Virus record (IMG/VR): IMGVR_UViG_3300009436_000036
Coordinates: 1-46,001 of that record
Origin: a virus
Lineage: Duplodnaviria; Caudoviricetes
Direction: 5' to 3' (one strand)
Length of the DNA stretch: 46,001 nt
Both the position numbers and the translations under genes were made by a program. Of the stretch, positions 44,805 through 46,001 are shown in pieces. The notes beneath the pieces are model-generated. The model did not search any database and was not told the origin of the DNA. It saw nothing but the letters and a program-made list of their open reading frames with translations. How positions within the stretch are numbered: the stretch's first letter is position 1; each line of letters begins with the position of its first letter.

Positions 44805-45059
44805 TTATAGTTTTCCATCACCAAATCCACCAGAAGTGTCTTCAAGTTCTTTGGCTAATTCGCTATACCCACCAATAAGTTTTCCATAACGGAATATTTG
44901 TGGTACAGTATTATACCCTTCAGTGAGCAAATTGTCAAGTTCATCTCTATACTTGGTGTAGGTAATATCTTTGTATTCGTACTTAAGTCCCATACGCTCA
45001 CATAGTTTCTTAGCCCTAACACAGAATGAACATGTTGGTGTTCCGTAAATATCAATCAT
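44805..45059 (-). CDS. nrdC: Glutaredoxin
   Basis: CSFC, TVPQIF, IGGY. Confidence 0.88.
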   Translation of the reverse strand: MIDIYGTPTCSFCVRAKKLCERMGLKYEYKDITYTKYRDELDNLLTEGYNTVPQIFRYGKLIGGYSELAKELEDTSGGFGDGKL

Positions 45060-45285
45060 CGTTTGACCCCATTAAATAAGCACCTTCTGGTAAGTGCATT
45101 GCCGCATTCATTTCATTAAATTGTTCTGGTGACATTTCGATAAGAGAATAGCCGCCACCATCTTGATCCCACTGACGAATATAAGCAACATCATCATAAA
45201 TCAGGAATTGAACATCTTCGTGGTTTCCTGTCGAATCTAGTATGGTCAATGCAGTTTCGTCCCAATCCATTTCAATCGTAAACAT
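45052..45285 (-). CDS. Hypothetical protein
   Basis: AGGAG RBS; MFTIE..D.T...LD..G..EDV..YIRQW. Confidence 0.65.
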   Translation of the reverse strand: MFTIEMDWDETALTILDSTGNHEDVQFLIYDDVAYIRQWDQDGGGYSLIEMSPEQFNEMNAAMHLPEGAYLMGSNDD

Positions 45286-45286
45286 A

Positions 45287-45994
45287 TTACTCTCCTAATT
45301 CTTTAAGTTTATCCCATGTGTCCTTCCAGTCTTTGACTGTAAAGTTCTTACCGTATTTATTCGCAATTTTCAAAGCATAATCGTTACCACCCTCATCCAT
45401 TGCATCTCCAAAGAAATAGACTTCAGCACCTTTGAAGTCAGTTAGAATTTGTGATTTGTCTGCACCTTTTGGAGCTATATCTATTCCAGTCTCTCCACCA
45501 ACGTTAGCTTGTAGGTCTGGGAACATCATGTTAAATGCGTTTGCTATATTGGAACGTTCATCAATTTTCTTGTCCCACAAGACATACTCAGCACGATTCT
45601 TCTTAGTAGCATTTCTGCCAACTACACTAAAGTTTACACATCCAGGACGTTCTTCAATATGTCTTCCTGTACGCAAACCAAAACCACTTTCGTATTCACA
45701 GCTAATAAGGAATGTTCTTGCTAGTTCTGGTAACTTCCATTCGTTTCTTCTCAAGTTTTGGTCACGCTCATATACGTCATTACCAGAACAATTATACACT
45801 CGTTTACATGCATGATAGATGTATGCACCAACTTGTTCTACAGTCTTAGGTTTATCACTACCAGTAACTAAGTATACATCATTATGTTCGCAAAATTTAC
45901 TAAACCACACTGCAAAGTGTTTGTTCATTCTTCCCCTACTAGGAGTCAATGTACCGTCTACGTCAAACACATATTTAATCTTCGTCTTCTTCAT
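45287..45994 (-). CDS. HAD-IIB phosphomannomutase-like protein
   Basis: FDVDGTLT.SR, VTGSD, IEER...NFS.VGR, GGETGIDI.P.G.DK, FFGD...GGND. Confidence 0.8.
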   Translation of the reverse strand: MKKTKIKYVFDVDGTLTPSRGRMNKHFAVWFSKFCEHNDVYLVTGSDKPKTVEQVGAYIYHACKRVYNCSGNDVYERDQNLRRNEWKLPELARTFLISCEYESGFGLRTGRHIEERPGCVNFSVVGRNATKKNRAEYVLWDKKIDERSNIANAFNMMFPDLQANVGGETGIDIAPKGADKSQILTDFKGAEVYFFGDAMDEGGNDYALKIANKYGKNFTVKDWKDTWDKLKELGE

Positions 45995-46001
45995 AAATGT
46001 A

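Noticed and set aside
1150-45815. Numerous antisense or alternate-frame ORFs in the track (e.g. 4777-5202, 21428-21895, 23001-23516, 29487-29849, 37659-38312)
   Set aside because: They shadow well-supported genes, lack RBS or motifs, and show the antisense composition expected from codon bias.
1-46001. tRNA, rRNA or integrase/transposase genes
   Set aside because: No cloverleaf with T-loop in the short intergenic gaps and no recombinase motifs seen by eye; a tRNAscan/Infernal run would be needed to exclude small RNAs fully.

Overview
A 46 kb segment of a large T4-like myovirus genome. A GapR/DUF2312 gene, GANTC-containing early promoters and PhoH suggest an aquatic alphaproteobacterial host (inference). 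Layout: (1) 1-6.8 kb is a dense metalloenzyme cluster: four complete radical-SAM/SPASM-type genes, a fifth truncated Cys-rich gene, a JmjC-like cupin and a 2OG-Fe(II) oxygenase, with T4 late-promoter boxes (TATAAATA) pointing both ways. (2) 6.9-12.4 kb holds late accessory, glycan-related and small structural genes. (3) 12.4-28.4 kb is the T4 head/neck/tail core (gp13-gp23). It includes a gp15 with a large repeat+LamG-like insertion and two long modular proteins between gp20 and gp21 that begin with a capsid-targeting-like sequence and are punctuated by (V)ELDE putative prohead-protease sites. (4) 28.7-46 kb is a minus-strand early/middle region: GapR-like, a coupled CmoA-like + C5 DNA methyltransferase pair, DUF932, duplicated early-promoter cassettes, exonuclease, PAAR, PhoH, RNase H, glycosyltransferase, dNMP kinase, glutaredoxin and a PMM-like HAD. 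I saw no tRNA, rRNA or CRISPR array. All calls come from motif recognition by eye; no searches were run.
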